A stretch of 62,411 bases of DNA, filler included, from Dehalococcoidia bacterium (GCA_040882355.1; 3 parts of 3 records of this genome joined end to end with filler, not necessarily neighbours in it); one strand, 5' to 3'. Shown: positions 19,218 through 29,509, counted from the first letter of the whole stretch. The notes: a model not told the origin generated them from the letters alone. Made by a program: numbers and translations.

Positions 19218-19622
19218 GTGAATCTCGTGGCAAAATGGGCACTCCTGACCAACCATGCGCTCGTGCTCCTTCATGTGGCGGAACACCCCAACTCCACCTT
19301 GCGCGAGATCGCCCACGAGGTGGGCATCACCGAACGGGCCACTCACTCAATACTACGTGCGTTGGACGATGACCGGATCATCTCGCGGCGCAAAGATGGG
19401 CGGCGTAACCAGTATCGGGTCGATCTGCGGGCGGTCATGGAGTATCAGCGAAAGATGCCGTACACGGTGGAGCGGATCGTCACGTGGATGGCGAACCTGG
19501 CGCGCCAACTAGAGGGCGAAGACAGCGAATCACCGGGACCCGAACTGGGTTCTCCTGAGGCAAACCCGGACGACGACGGTCCGCCCGACGACGACGACTC
19601 GCGTGGCGCCGGGTCGCTCTAA
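19218..19622 (+). CDS. Winged-helix HTH transcriptional regulator
   Basis: WALLTNHALVL...TLREIA.EVGITERA...DGRRNQY. Confidence 0.85.
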   Translation: MNLVAKWALLTNHALVLLHVAEHPNSTLREIAHEVGITERATHSILRALDDDRIISRRKDGRRNQYRVDLRAVMEYQRKMPYTVERIVTWMANLARQLEGEDSESPGPELGSPEANPDDDGPPDDDDSRGAGSL

Positions 19623-20578
19623 GCGCCCGCCTTTACCCAGTCATCAATTGCTGCGCCCAGCGCCGCCTTGAGCGCCTCGGGCGCGAACGAGCCCTCGACC
19701 GAGTTGCGCGCGAGCTGCGCGTAGCCCGCGCGGTCCAGGCCGAGCGCGAGGCCCGCGATGGCGTACTCGCCGACCAGATCGCAGCCGAAGAAGCCCGGGT
19801 CGTCGGTGTTGATCGAGACGACGACGCCCGCCTCCCATAGATCGCGCAGCGGGTGCTCCTCGATTGAAGGCGCGACGTTGAGCAGCAGGTTCGACGTGGG
19901 GCAGACCGCGAGAGGGATACGCCGACCGGCGAGGTGCTCGACGAGCGCGGGGTCTTCCGCCGCGCGCACGCCGTGCTGTATGCGTTCGGCGCCCAGCGTG
20001 TCGAGCGCCGAGCGCACCGAGGCCGGGCCGTCATTCTCGCCGGCGTGGGGCACGCTCCGCAGGCCACGCCGCCGCGCCTCAGCGAAGACCTCTACAAACG
20101 GATCGTTCGTGAAGCCCTCCTCCGGCCCACCGAGGCCGAGCCCGACGAACCCGGGCAGCTCCTTCACCACGTCGAGCGCCGGCAGGGCGATCGCCGGGTC
20201 CATCAGCCGGCCGAGCCCGAGGATCAGTCGCACGGTGACGTCGCGCTGCTGCGCGGCGGTCTCCGCCGCCTCTGCGATGCGATGCTGCACACCCCGCGTG
20301 ACGGCCGGGCTGATCTCCAGCTCGGCGTAGCGCACGCCTGCGCGCACGGCGTCCTCGCAGTACTCGCGCACCAGGCGCGCGTAATCACCCCGCGCCGTCA
20401 TCACCTGCGTCGCGAGCGTGTACGACTCGACGAAGCTGTTCAGGTCGTTGAACGACCGAGGGATGCTCGTGCCCTCGCGCCCGGCCATCTCTTCGAGCGT
20501 GGCGGGCCGCACCGTGCCCTCAAGGTGGACGTGCAGCTCGGCTTTCGGCAGGTCGGCGAGATCTCGGGGCACGGTCAT
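19619..20578 (-). CDS. add: Adenosine deaminase
   Basis: LPKAELHVHLEG, HAGE, RIQHG, CPTSN and NTDDP motifs; start could be 20587. Confidence 0.9.
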   Translation of the reverse strand: MTVPRDLADLPKAELHVHLEGTVRPATLEEMAGREGTSIPRSFNDLNSFVESYTLATQVMTARGDYARLVREYCEDAVRAGVRYAELEISPAVTRGVQHRIAEAAETAAQQRDVTVRLILGLGRLMDPAIALPALDVVKELPGFVGLGLGGPEEGFTNDPFVEVFAEARRRGLRSVPHAGENDGPASVRSALDTLGAERIQHGVRAAEDPALVEHLAGRRIPLAVCPTSNLLLNVAPSIEEHPLRDLWEAGVVVSINTDDPGFFGCDLVGEYAIAGLALGLDRAGYAQLARNSVEGSFAPEALKAALGAAIDDWVKAGA

Positions 20579-20582
20579 TTCT

Positions 20583-20608
20583 GTCATGCTGAGTGAAGCG
20601 AAGCATCT
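20583..20608. repeat. REP-like element (GTCATGCTGAG family)
   Basis: GTCATGCTGAGTGAAGCGAAGCATCT is related to the element at 25600-25673. Confidence 0.55.
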
Positions 20609-20684
20609 TTCGTTACTGTGGCCACCGCGGAGCGATTCGCTGCGAACGCTGCTCTCGCGATCCGCGTGTATGTACGTGGGACCC

Positions 20685-21869
20685 TCATCCTCGCGGCAAG
20701 CCGAGGCCGCGCGTGGCGATGATGCCGCGCTGCACTTCGCTCGTGCCGGCCGCGATCGTGCTCGCCACCGCGTTCAGGTAGGCGCGCTCGAGCTGACCCT
20801 TCAGCGGCGCGTGCGCTGAGCCGGGCGCCAGGCCGCCGTACGAGCCGAGCAGTTGCAGGCCCGTGTGCGCGAGCCGCTGCGTGAACTCCGAACCGTAGAG
20901 CTTGCTGATCGACGCCTCGTAGTTGGGCACCATGCCCCGCGACTGCATCCACGGGATGCGATACGCGATGTGCGTGCCCGCCGCGAGCTCGACGACGCGG
21001 TCCGCGAGGCGCATCCGTGCCTGTGGGTGGCGTTGCACTGTCTCGGGGTGCTCCTGTGCGTACGCGACGAGCCGCTCGATCGTGCGCCTGCCGTTCGCAT
21101 ACGCCTGAATGCCGGATCGCTCGAAATCGAGCGCGACGGCGACGTGGTACCAGCCGCGGTTCAGCTCGCCGACGAGGTAGTCCTTGGGGATGCGCACGTT
21201 TTCGAAGAAGACCTCGTTGAAGCCCGCCTGGCCGGCAATGTTTACGAGCGGTCGGATCGTAATGCCCGGCGTGTTCATCGGCACGACGAAGGTGCTGATC
21301 CCCTTGTGCTTCGGCGCCTCGGGGTCGGTGCGCGCGGCGAGCCAGCCCCACTGCGCCCGCTGCGCGATCGACGTCCAGATCTTCTGGCCGTTGATCACGA
21401 AGTCATCGCCGTCCTGCACCGCCTTCGTCTCCAGCGCGGCGAGGTCGGAGCCGGCGCCGGGCTCGGAGTAGAGCGTGCACCAGACGTCCTCGCCCGACGC
21501 GATCTTCGGCACGAAGCGCTGCTTCTGCGCGTCGTTGCCGTAGAGCATGATCGCCGGCCCCACCCACGCGACGCCCATGCCGCCTCCGCCCGGCGCGGAA
21601 TGGTAGGCCATCTCCTCGTTGTAGATGAGCTGTTGCATGTGCGGCGCGTCCAGCCCGCCGTACTCCTTCGGCCAGGCCATCGCCAACCACTTGCGCTCCG
21701 CGAGCTTCGCCGTCATCCGACGTCCCAGCTCCCAGACGGACGAAGCGTCGCCCTCGCCGTCGCCGCCGTAAGGGTCGCCGGGCTCCCACTTCGCGGGCAG
21801 CTCCTCGCGCAGGAACTCGCGCAGCTCCTCACGGAAGGCCTCCTGCTCGGGCGTGAATCGAAAGTCCAC
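20685..21869 (-). CDS. Acyl-CoA dehydrogenase family protein
   Basis: YSEPGAGSDLA, NGQKIWTS, FNEVFF and TIAAGTSEVQR motifs. Confidence 0.95.
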   Translation of the reverse strand: MDFRFTPEQEAFREELREFLREELPAKWEPGDPYGGDGEGDASSVWELGRRMTAKLAERKWLAMAWPKEYGGLDAPHMQQLIYNEEMAYHSAPGGGGMGVAWVGPAIMLYGNDAQKQRFVPKIASGEDVWCTLYSEPGAGSDLAALETKAVQDGDDFVINGQKIWTSIAQRAQWGWLAARTDPEAPKHKGISTFVVPMNTPGITIRPLVNIAGQAGFNEVFFENVRIPKDYLVGELNRGWYHVAVALDFERSGIQAYANGRRTIERLVAYAQEHPETVQRHPQARMRLADRVVELAAGTHIAYRIPWMQSRGMVPNYEASISKLYGSEFTQRLAHTGLQLLGSYGGLAPGSAHAPLKGQLERAYLNAVASTIAAGTSEVQRGIIATRGLGLPRG

Positions 21870-21900
21870 CTTCTGGCCTCCTTCGTCGGCAGAACCCGGA

Positions 21901-21925
21901 TCCCTTCGGCGGGCTCAGGGCAGGC
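21901..21925. repeat. REP-like half element
   Basis: CCCTTCGGCGGGCTCAGGGCAGGC resembles CCCTTCGACAAGCTCAGG at about 25650. Confidence 0.45.
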
Positions 21926-22600
21926 CTAGAACCGGGAACCGGGTCTGGCCGTGGGAACCATTCCCTCGTTCGCGGAGCGTCGCACCGCGCCGAAACGCTG
22001 GGCTATGTGCTCGAAGACCGCGTAGTCCTGCGCGCCGGCGACGGGGAAGCGCCGCTCGCCCTCCTCGAAGATCACCGTCGGCGTGCCCGTGACGCCCGAT
22101 GCGCGCGCCTCCGCCGTGCGCTCGTCGACGAGCGCGGCGTAGCGCTGCGTCTCGAGCGCTTCGCGCAGGGCCCGCGGGTCGAGGCCGTTCGACGCGGCGA
22201 TCTCCGCCAGCACGTCGATGTCGCCGATGTCGCGACCCTGGCCGAAGAACGCGTCGAAGAGGGCGTGGTGGTAGGCGTCGAATGCCCCGTGCTCGCGCGC
22301 GAACTCGGCCGCCTCCAGCGCTCGATGGGAGTTCGGCACCCGGCCCGGTCGCTCAAACGGCAGGCCCGCTTCCTGGGCGAGCCCGCGGAGCTGCTCGTAC
22401 ATCGCAACGCGTTGCGGCGAGGGCGGCCGTTCGCCGCGCGCGATGCCCTCCGGCGGGATCTCGGGGTGCAGCTCGAACGGGCGCCATTCGACGTCGATCT
22501 CGAACTCGCGCTGCAGCCGCTCGACGCGCGCCATGCCGACGTAGCACCACGGGCAGATGTAGTCGGAGACAACGGTGACGCGTACGTGAGCGTCAGACAT
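21926..22600 (-). CDS. DsbA/FrnE family oxidoreductase
   Basis: SDYICPWCY, GVTGTPT and GAQ motifs. Confidence 0.9.
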   Translation of the reverse strand: MSDAHVRVTVVSDYICPWCYVGMARVERLQREFEIDVEWRPFELHPEIPPEGIARGERPPSPQRVAMYEQLRGLAQEAGLPFERPGRVPNSHRALEAAEFAREHGAFDAYHHALFDAFFGQGRDIGDIDVLAEIAASNGLDPRALREALETQRYAALVDERTAEARASGVTGTPTVIFEEGERRFPVAGAQDYAVFEHIAQRFGAVRRSANEGMVPTARPGSRF

Positions 22601-22656
22601 GACGGGCACCATGATAGCATAGGGGCCCGAGATGCGCGGCTACCGAGCGACGTCGC

Positions 22657-23019
22657 CTACGCCGCCGCCACGTTCTGGGCGCTCGGCTCCGGGAACGACG
22701 GCGAGGCCTCGATGAACTCCGCGACCTCTGCCTCCATCGCCTTCCAGCTCTTGCGCAGGAAGAGCGCCGAGAGCAGGCCGCCGAAGAGGCCCTGCAAGAT
22801 CGGGTTCGGGATCATCGCCGTGAAGACGAAGGTCGTGGCGTCCTGCTCCTGCTTCAGCCGCACGCCGACGCCGCTCCAGTCGCTCTTCTTCACGATGAAG
22901 TCGCGGTTCAGGATGGCGGTAGGGTACACGTCGCAGGCGCCGGCGAAGTGCACGGCGAAGATCTCCCGGGCGCGCTCCTTGGTGAGCTCCGGCTGGTAAC
23001 CGATGGTGATGGTGGCCAT
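22657..23019 (-). CDS. Hypothetical protein
   Basis: 120-aa ORF with host-like codon usage and an RBS. Confidence 0.65.
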   Translation of the reverse strand: MATITIGYQPELTKERAREIFAVHFAGACDVYPTAILNRDFIVKKSDWSGVGVRLKQEQDATTFVFTAMIPNPILQGLFGGLLSALFLRKSWKAMEAEVAEFIEASPSFPEPSAQNVAAA

Positions 23020-23144
23020 GTGTCATTCCCCCTTTGCTGCGCTCGATTCGTATCCTACGCTAGCTTCGGCAGGCGGGGCCCTCGGCTGTCGCCCTGCTTC
23101 CGTTCGGGTCCCGTCCCCAGGCATACTGGGCATGGAGGCGCCAG

Positions 23145-23843
23145 ATGGAGATCGTCGCCGGCGTGCACGCAATCGAGAACCTGGGCGTCGGCCGCGCGTA
23201 CCTCTATCAAGAGGCAGACCGTCTCACGCTCATCGATGCGGGCCTGGCGGGTCGCGCCGAGCGCATCCTCGCGGCCATCGAAGGCATCGGGCGGCGACCC
23301 GAAGACCTGCGCCAGATCGTGATCACCCACTGCCACAACGATCACATCGGCTCGCTCGCTGACCTCGTCGAGCGCACGAACGCGCAGGTGCTCGTGCACG
23401 CGCTCGACGCGCCGGTCGTGCGCGGCGAGCAGCCGCCCGCCGGCCCGAACCCGCGCGGCGTCTGGCGCATCGTCGCGCCGCTGCTCGCGCTGTTCCCGCA
23501 GCGCATCGCCGCGACGCGCGTGGACCGCGAGCTGGCGGACGGCGATGAGATCGACCTCGACGGCGGCGCGCGCATCGTGCACACGCCGGGTCATACGCCG
23601 GGCAGCGTCTCGATCTATCTGCCCGCGAGGCGGTTGCTCTTCGCCGGCGACGCCGCGGCGAACGCGTTCGGCCTCGGCCCGCCGTCCGGGCCGTTCGCGT
23701 TGTTCAATGACGACCACGCGCAGGCGCGCGAATCGTTCCGCAAGCTCGCGCAGCTCGACTTCGATGTCGCCTGCTTCGGCCACGGCCGACCGCTGGACAG
23801 GGACGCGTCGCTCGCGTTCCGGCGCGCCGCCGAGAAGCTGTAG
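23145..23843 (+). CDS. MBL-fold metallo-hydrolase
   Basis: THCHNDH, TPGHT, FAGD and FGHG motifs. Confidence 0.92.
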   Translation: MEIVAGVHAIENLGVGRAYLYQEADRLTLIDAGLAGRAERILAAIEGIGRRPEDLRQIVITHCHNDHIGSLADLVERTNAQVLVHALDAPVVRGEQPPAGPNPRGVWRIVAPLLALFPQRIAATRVDRELADGDEIDLDGGARIVHTPGHTPGSVSIYLPARRLLFAGDAAANAFGLGPPSGPFALFNDDHAQARESFRKLAQLDFDVACFGHGRPLDRDASLAFRRAAEKL

Positions 23844-23845
23844 CG

Positions 23846-24538
23846 ATGGAGGTCGTGCCCGGCGTCCACGGCGTCGACTTCGGCGCCGTCTGGGCGTACC
23901 TCTACCAGGAACGCGACCGCCTCACGCTCATCGACGCCGGCCTCGCGGGCCAGAGCGAAGCGGTGCTCGACGCGGTCGAGTCGCTCGGGCGAAAGCCGGG
24001 CGACCTGCGCCAGATCGTCGTCACGCACTACCACGCCGACCACTTCGGCGCGGCGGCAGCGTTGGTCGAGCGCACCGGCGCCGCGCTACTCGCGCACGCG
24101 CTCGATGCGCCTGTGGTACGCGGTGAGGTCGAAGAGCCGCTGCCGGCGCTCTCCGACGCCGAGCGGCCCTACTACGAGCAGGCGATCGCCTCGACGCCGG
24201 CCGCGCCGCGCTGCGCCGTCGACCGCGAGCTGCAGGACGGCGACGAGATCGACCTCGATGGCGGCGCGAAGGTCGTCCACGTGCCCGGGCACACGGCGGG
24301 AAGCATCGCCGTCTACGTGCCGAAGCGCCGGCTGCTCTTCTCAGGTGATGCGGCCGGGCGCACGCCGGAGGGCCAGCTCCTCCACGGCGTCTTCAACGTC
24401 GATACGGCGCAGGCGCGCGCGTCGTTCGCGAAGCTGGCGCAGCTCGATATCGAGGTGGCGTGTTTCGGGCACGGCCCGCCGCTCGACAAGGAGGCGTCGT
24501 ACACGTTTCGCAGGCTGGCGGAGAAGCTGGCGGGTTAG
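23846..24538 (+). CDS. MBL-fold metallo-hydrolase (tandem paralog)
   Basis: THYHADH, PGHT, FSGD and FGHG motifs. Confidence 0.92.
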   Translation: MEVVPGVHGVDFGAVWAYLYQERDRLTLIDAGLAGQSEAVLDAVESLGRKPGDLRQIVVTHYHADHFGAAAALVERTGAALLAHALDAPVVRGEVEEPLPALSDAERPYYEQAIASTPAAPRCAVDRELQDGDEIDLDGGAKVVHVPGHTAGSIAVYVPKRRLLFSGDAAGRTPEGQLLHGVFNVDTAQARASFAKLAQLDIEVACFGHGPPLDKEASYTFRRLAEKLAG

Positions 24539-24548
24539 GCGCCGCCCG

Positions 24549-25421
24549 TTAGACGAAGCTCGACCACGCCGCGAGCCGTCGGTTCCCCTGAGCGTACCCC
24601 TCGTGGACCAGCGAGCGGATCGCGAGCGCGACCATGAGGGCGAGGGCGGCGACCGCCATGCCGGCCAGACCATCGATGATGAAGTGATTGCCGGTGGCGA
24701 CGATGCTGAAGAACATCGCGGCGGGCATGAGCAACCCCAGCGGCTTGAGCGGCGCGTACGGCATGTGGCGGTAGATCGCGATGCCTGCCAGGAAGTTCCA
24801 GCCCAGATGCAGGCTGGGCACGGCCGCGTACTCGTTTACCCACGCGCCCGGCAGCGACATCTGCTGCGCGCTTTCGCGGAACGCCAGTGTATCGACGAAG
24901 CCGAAGCCCTCCACGAAGCGCGGCGGCGCCACAGGCAGCGTCGCGTACACCGCGAGGCCGATCGCTCCCGAGATCAGGAACGCGTTGCGATAGACCGGGT
25001 AGTCATCGCGGTGAATCGTGAACAGCCAGATGCCCGTGAAGATGATCACGGGGAAGTGCGCCCAGACGTAGATGCCGTTCGCGACGTTCATGAGCCGCGG
25101 CGACGCGAGCACTTCGCGCTGCATTTCGGGCTCCCGGAAGATCCCGAGGGCCTGCTCCATATCGATGAGGCGCAGCGCGCGCTGCACGGCCTCCACTTCG
25201 CGTCCGTCGACGTTGTTGCGCACCAGCGAGTAGAGCAGGAAGGCGCCAACGACGAAGACGGCTTCGCGCGCGACCTCGGGAAGCGTGACCTTGGAGCGCG
25301 GCTGCAGCAGGCGGATGAGGATGATCATCCCGACGATGATCAACGGCCACCGCCCGATGAGAAGCACATCGAACTCGAACGGAAGGAAGCCGGCGGCGGG
25401 GACGATAGGCATGGTCCTCAT
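24549..25421 (-). CDS. PAP2 family membrane phosphotransferase (Aur1/Ipt1-like)
   Basis: PVAPPR, AAVPSLH and TGNHFIID motifs. Confidence 0.85.
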   Translation of the reverse strand: MRTMPIVPAAGFLPFEFDVLLIGRWPLIIVGMIILIRLLQPRSKVTLPEVAREAVFVVGAFLLYSLVRNNVDGREVEAVQRALRLIDMEQALGIFREPEMQREVLASPRLMNVANGIYVWAHFPVIIFTGIWLFTIHRDDYPVYRNAFLISGAIGLAVYATLPVAPPRFVEGFGFVDTLAFRESAQQMSLPGAWVNEYAAVPSLHLGWNFLAGIAIYRHMPYAPLKPLGLLMPAAMFFSIVATGNHFIIDGLAGMAVAALALMVALAIRSLVHEGYAQGNRRLAAWSSFV

Positions 25422-25599
25422 TCGACGTAGTCAGCGTGACGGCATCGAAAGGCGCTCAGGCAGGCTCTTGCCGTCGAGCGCCAGCGCAGGGACGGACGGC
25501 CACCCAGCCTAGTTGTTGTACAGCCCCGTCCGGTGTGGCGCAAGCGGCAGGGGCGGGTCGTGGTCGGGAGGTTCGTCAGGGCAGACGTGAGGTGGGCGT

Positions 25600-25673
25600 C
25601 GTCATGCTGAGCCTGTCGAGGCACGGCCCGAGCGTCAGAAGAGCGGGCACCCTTCGACAAGCTCAGGTTGACG
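25600..25673. repeat. REP-like palindromic element
   Basis: GTCATGCTGAGCCTGTCGAGG...CCTTCGACAAGCTCAGGTTGAC imperfect inverted repeat. Confidence 0.7.
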
Positions 25674-25730
25674 TAAGTGCCTCCGCCGCCCGGCTCAGGG
25701 TCGGCCCGTTCTCAGCGCCTACTCAGCACG

Positions 25731-25973
25731 CTAACCTTCGCCGGCGGCGGCTTGGGCCTCGACGGCCGGCCGCTTCAGGATGAAGTAGCTGCTCTCTGGG
25801 CGCATAAGGGGTACGATACCGGTCACTTCCCAGCCGTCCTTACCCAGCGTCTCCAGGTAACGGCGGACGAACCCGGTGCGATGCTCACCGCTCTGGCGGA
25901 TGAACTCGACCCCTTCCGCGCTGATCCTGCCCCGAAAATCGACGTAGATGGTCTTGTATTCCCAAGCGTTCAT
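25731..25973 (-). CDS. DUF4177-like small protein
   Basis: WEYKT...L..LGKDGWEV...FILKRP. Confidence 0.75.
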   Translation of the reverse strand: MNAWEYKTIYVDFRGRISAEGVEFIRQSGEHRTGFVRRYLETLGKDGWEVTGIVPLMRPESSYFILKRPAVEAQAAAGEG

Positions 25974-26099
25974 GCGAACCTCCTTGATGGCGGCGCTGAA
26001 CGAACGGGCGACCCTCTCCCCGGGCGACGGGGCACAGATCCAGGGTAGCAGATGGCCCGAGAGGCGATGCGGTGGTGGGGCGGCGGCGCTCCTCCCTCA

Positions 26100-26162
26100 C
26101 CCCCGCCTCCCGGCTTCCCCTCTCCCGCGTCGGGCGGGAGAGGGGAAGCCGGGAGGCGGGGG
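26100..26162. repeat. Perfect 29-bp inverted repeat, REP-like (CCCTCACCCC...CCCTCTCCC family)
   Basis: Arms 26100-26128 and 26134-26162 with loop GTCGG. Confidence 0.8.
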
Positions 26163-26200
26163 CGTTTCATGGAGCCGACGAGTTGGGGTGAGGGAGCGCC

Positions 26201-27970
26201 CTACGGCCCGTACTTGACGCGCGGCCGCTTGCCGCGACGGGTGCGCATCGAAGTGCTTGAAGCGCCGCCAGGGCGGGGCTTGCGCCCGCCCAGCGAGCCG
26301 TAGGCCGTCTGGGCGAACTCGCGCAGGATGTAGTCGTCGCCGGCCTCGTCGATGAGGCGCTTGCGCAGCTCGTACACCTGATCGCGCATCAGCGCCGCCT
26401 TCTCGAACTCGAGGTTCTTCGCCGCCTCCTTCATCTGCCGCTCGAGGTCCTTCACCAGCCGGACCAGCTCGTCCTTCGGCACGTCGTGCGCCGCGATGTA
26501 CTCGGACCGCTCCTCCGCCACCTTCTTCACGTGGTCGGTGATGTCGCGGATCGCTTTCGTGATGCCCTCCGGCGTGATGCCGCGCTCCTGGTTGTACGAC
26601 ACCTGGATCGCGCGACGGCGGTTCGTCTCGTCGATCGCCTGGCGCATGGAGTTCGTCATCACGTCGGCGTACATGATCACGTGGCCGTTGATGTGGCGCG
26701 CGGCGCGGCCCATCGTCTGGATCAGCGAGTCGCGCGACCGCAGGTAGCCCTCCTTGTCGGCGTCGAGGATCGCGACGAGGCTCACCTCAGGCAGGTCGAG
26801 CCCCTCCCGCAGCAGGTTGATGCCGACGACCACGTCGTAGACGCCCTGACGCAGGTCGCGCAGGATCTCGATCCGCTCCAACGTGTCGATCTCGGAGTGG
26901 AGGTAGTGCGTGCGGACGCCCATCTCCTGGAGGTAGTCGGCCAGGTCCTCCGCCATCTTCTTCGTCAGCGTCGTCGCCAGCACGCGCTCGTTGCGCGCCG
27001 AGCGCTGCTTGATCTCCTCCATCAGGTCGTCGATCTGGCCCGTCGTCGACTTCACCTCGACCGTCGGGTCGATCAGGCCGGTGGGCCGGACGAGCTGCTC
27101 GACAGTCTGCGTGCTCACCTCGCGTTCGTACGGGCCGGGCGTGGCGGTGGTGAAGACGCACTGGAAGATGTGGTCGTCGAACTCGGCGAAGTTGAGCGGG
27201 CGGTTGTCGAGCGCCGACGGCAGCCGGAAGCCGTAGTCGACCAGCGTCTGCTTCCGCGACATGTCGCCGTGGTACATGCCGCGCACCTGCGGCACCGCGA
27301 TGTGCGACTCGTCGATGATGAGCAGCCAATCGTCCGGGAAGTAGTCGAGCAGCGTCCAGGGAGTACTCCCCTGCGCCCGGCGGGCCAGATGGCGCGAGTA
27401 GTTCTCGATGCCCGGGCAGTAGCCGGTCTCGCGCAGCGTCTCCAGGTCGTAGTTCGTCCGCTCTTCGAGCCGCGCCGCCTCCAGGATGCGCCCCTGCGAC
27501 TTCAGCTCGACGAGCCGCTCGCTCAGCTCCGTCTGGATGTCCTCGACCGCGGCCTCCAGCTTGTCGTGCGACGTGACGAAGTGCTTCGCGGGGTAGATGT
27601 CGACGCGCTCGCGCTCGGCGAGCAGCTCGCCGGTGAGCGGGTCGATCTCGATGATGCGCTCCACCTCGTCGCCGAAGAAGTCGATGCGCACGGCCAGCTC
27701 CTCGTACGAGGGCTGGACGGTGAGGCTGTCGCCGCGCAGGCGGAACTTGCCGCGCACCAGGTTCATGTCGTTACGCTCGTACTGCATGTCGACCAGGCGG
27801 CGCATGGCCCGCGCGCGCTCCATCCGCTCGCCCTTCTGGAACGTGACGACGAACGACTGGTACTCCTCCGGCTCGCCCAGGCCGTAGATGCACGACACGG
27901 ACGCCACGATGAGCACATCGCGCCGCTCGAACAGCGCGCGCGTGGCGGCGTGGCGCAGCTTGTCGATCTC
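26201..27970 (-). CDS. uvrB: Excinuclease ABC subunit UvrB (5' partial, contig end)
   Basis: [37 protein letters not shown] and a C-terminal UVR domain. Confidence 0.97.
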   Translation of the reverse strand, partial: EIDKLRHAATRALFERRDVLIVASVSCIYGLGEPEEYQSFVVTFQKGERMERARAMRRLVDMQYERNDMNLVRGKFRLRGDSLTVQPSYEELAVRIDFFGDEVERIIEIDPLTGELLAERERVDIYPAKHFVTSHDKLEAAVEDIQTELSERLVELKSQGRILEAARLEERTNYDLETLRETGYCPGIENYSRHLARRAQGSTPWTLLDYFPDDWLLIIDESHIAVPQVRGMYHGDMSRKQTLVDYGFRLPSALDNRPLNFAEFDDHIFQCVFTTATPGPYEREVSTQTVEQLVRPTGLIDPTVEVKSTTGQIDDLMEEIKQRSARNERVLATTLTKKMAEDLADYLQEMGVRTHYLHSEIDTLERIEILRDLRQGVYDVVVGINLLREGLDLPEVSLVAILDADKEGYLRSRDSLIQTMGRAARHINGHVIMYADVMTNSMRQAIDETNRRRAIQVSYNQERGITPEGITKAIRDITDHVKKVAEERSEYIAAHDVPKDELVRLVKDLERQMKEAAKNLEFEKAALMRDQVYELRKRLIDEAGDDYILREFAQTAYGSLGGRKPRPGGASSTSMRTRRGKRPRVKYGP

Positions 27971-28070
27971 NNNNNNNNNNNNNNNNNNNNNNNNNNNNNN
28001 NNNNNNNNNNNNNNTTAATTAATTAANNNNNNNNNNNNNNNNNNNNNNNNNNNNNNNNNNNNNNNNNNNN
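27971..28070. other. Artificial contig-join linker
   Basis: N44-TTAATTAATTAA-N44, with stops in all six frames. Confidence 0.97.
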
Positions 28071-28125
28071 GCGCAGCGAAGGGAGCGCAGCGAAGGGAGC
28101 GCAGCGAAGGGAGCGCAGCGAAGGG
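28071..28125. repeat. 14-bp tandem repeat (GCGCAGCGAAGGGA) x about 4 at the contig end
   Basis: Read directly; degenerate copies follow at about 28164-28188. Confidence 0.85.
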
Positions 28126-28259
28126 GTCGGCCGCAAGAGCCAGCCCTCAGCCTGCCCTCGAGCAAAGCGAAGGGAGCGGAGCGAAGGGCCGGGGTGAGGG
28201 CAAAACGTACTGACACGTTCGCGCGGGCACGGGACACGGGGAGGGGCACGCCGGGGACG

Positions 28260-29405
28260 CTAGTAGCGCAGGACCGCGCCCGCGCCGCCCTCGGCGAGCA
28301 GCGCTTCCGCCGCCGGGCCGCGCACGTCCTCGATGAGCGCGTCGGTGTCCATCGCCGCCTCCACCGCCCACTCGGCCAGGTCGCCCACGCGCTCGACAGC
28401 GCCCTGGCAGACCGGGCAGTGGTCCAGGGCTTCGACCGCCGCGAAGTGACGCTCCGGGCACGCGAAGCCGCTCTGGGCGGCGCCGTCCGCTAGCAGGAGC
28501 TTGTGCGCGCGGCCTTCGCCCAGCGCCTGCACCGTCTGGTCCCAGCCCAGCACCGCCGGCCCGCCGCCCTTCGCCGCGTCGATCACCTGCGCGACGAGCT
28601 CCGCCTCGGCGCGGCGCTCCGCCGCCGTCTCGATGGCGCTGACACGCGAGAGGACCTCGTTGTCCGACGCGAACAGCTCGCCTGAGAACGTGCCCGCCAG
28701 GCGAGAGCGAAGCGGCCGCGGCAGCACAGCCAGGAACGCGGCGAGCGGCTCGTCCGGCCCGCCCACGATCAGCCGGTCGAACGGCCGCTTTCGCGCCTGC
28801 TGTCGCAGCGCCTCCATCACGTGCAGGGCGTGGCGGTGGAGGTGCGCCTCACGGTGCCGGGCGTAGCGCGCCTGCGCCCAGCCGCCCATGGCGCTCCGGC
28901 CGGGCGTATCATCGTACGCGTCGACGCGGCTCTCGATGCGGTTGAGGAACACGGTCAGGATGTGCGCCGTCTCCTTGTCGAGCAGCACCACGGCGTAGCG
29001 CTCGTACTCGTCCAGGAGCGCGGCGAACGGCGCGACGGCCGCCCGCTCTCCGAACCGGCCCAGCGTTCGCACCGGCGCCTGGAGCTGGTACGTCTCCAAG
29101 AGGTCGCGCGGACCGCACGAGAAGACGACGAGGCTCCGCCCGTGCAGCTCGAACTCCTCTCGTGCCCACGTCGCCACCCGCTCGCGCTCCTCTTCGAGCC
29201 GCGCCCGGAGCCGCTCACCAGTCGGAACGGGAATCGATGCCAGGGCGTCGTGAATCGCCGCCTGGGCATCGCGCCGCTCGCCGGATGCGGGGTCGAAGGC
29301 GACGTAGAGCGTCAGTACGCCGTCCCGGGCGCTGCGGAAGCGCGCAAGGCGGCGAAGGTCGCGTTCCGTTGGCACAGTAGCTGTCGTCTGGGCGGTCTGC
29401 ATCAT
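28260..29405 (-). CDS. Bacterial archaeo-eukaryotic release factor (baeRF / eRF1-like) family protein
   Basis: VLTLYV, GG motif in GRSAMGGWAQARYAR, RLIVGGP, C-terminal zinc-ribbon insert and GAGAVLRY. Confidence 0.85.
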   Translation of the reverse strand: MMQTAQTTATVPTERDLRRLARFRSARDGVLTLYVAFDPASGERRDAQAAIHDALASIPVPTGERLRARLEEERERVATWAREEFELHGRSLVVFSCGPRDLLETYQLQAPVRTLGRFGERAAVAPFAALLDEYERYAVVLLDKETAHILTVFLNRIESRVDAYDDTPGRSAMGGWAQARYARHREAHLHRHALHVMEALRQQARKRPFDRLIVGGPDEPLAAFLAVLPRPLRSRLAGTFSGELFASDNEVLSRVSAIETAAERRAEAELVAQVIDAAKGGGPAVLGWDQTVQALGEGRAHKLLLADGAAQSGFACPERHFAAVEALDHCPVCQGAVERVGDLAEWAVEAAMDTDALIEDVRGPAAEALLAEGGAGAVLRY

Positions 29406-29509
29406 AGTCCTACAATAGACGGCGCCGTCACGGCCCGACAGGGACAGTGCGCCCCCTTGCGCAGTACGAATGGCCCCTATCCGCGAGGCGCTGTCCGCCG
29501 GCAGCGCCC

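Noticed and set aside
27971..28070. TTAATTAATTAA palindromes within N runs (also 55490-55589)
   Set aside because: These are artificial contig linkers, so adjacency across them has no biological meaning.
28071..28190. CRISPR array
   Set aside because: The units are contiguous 14-bp repeats with no spacers, and there are no cas genes.
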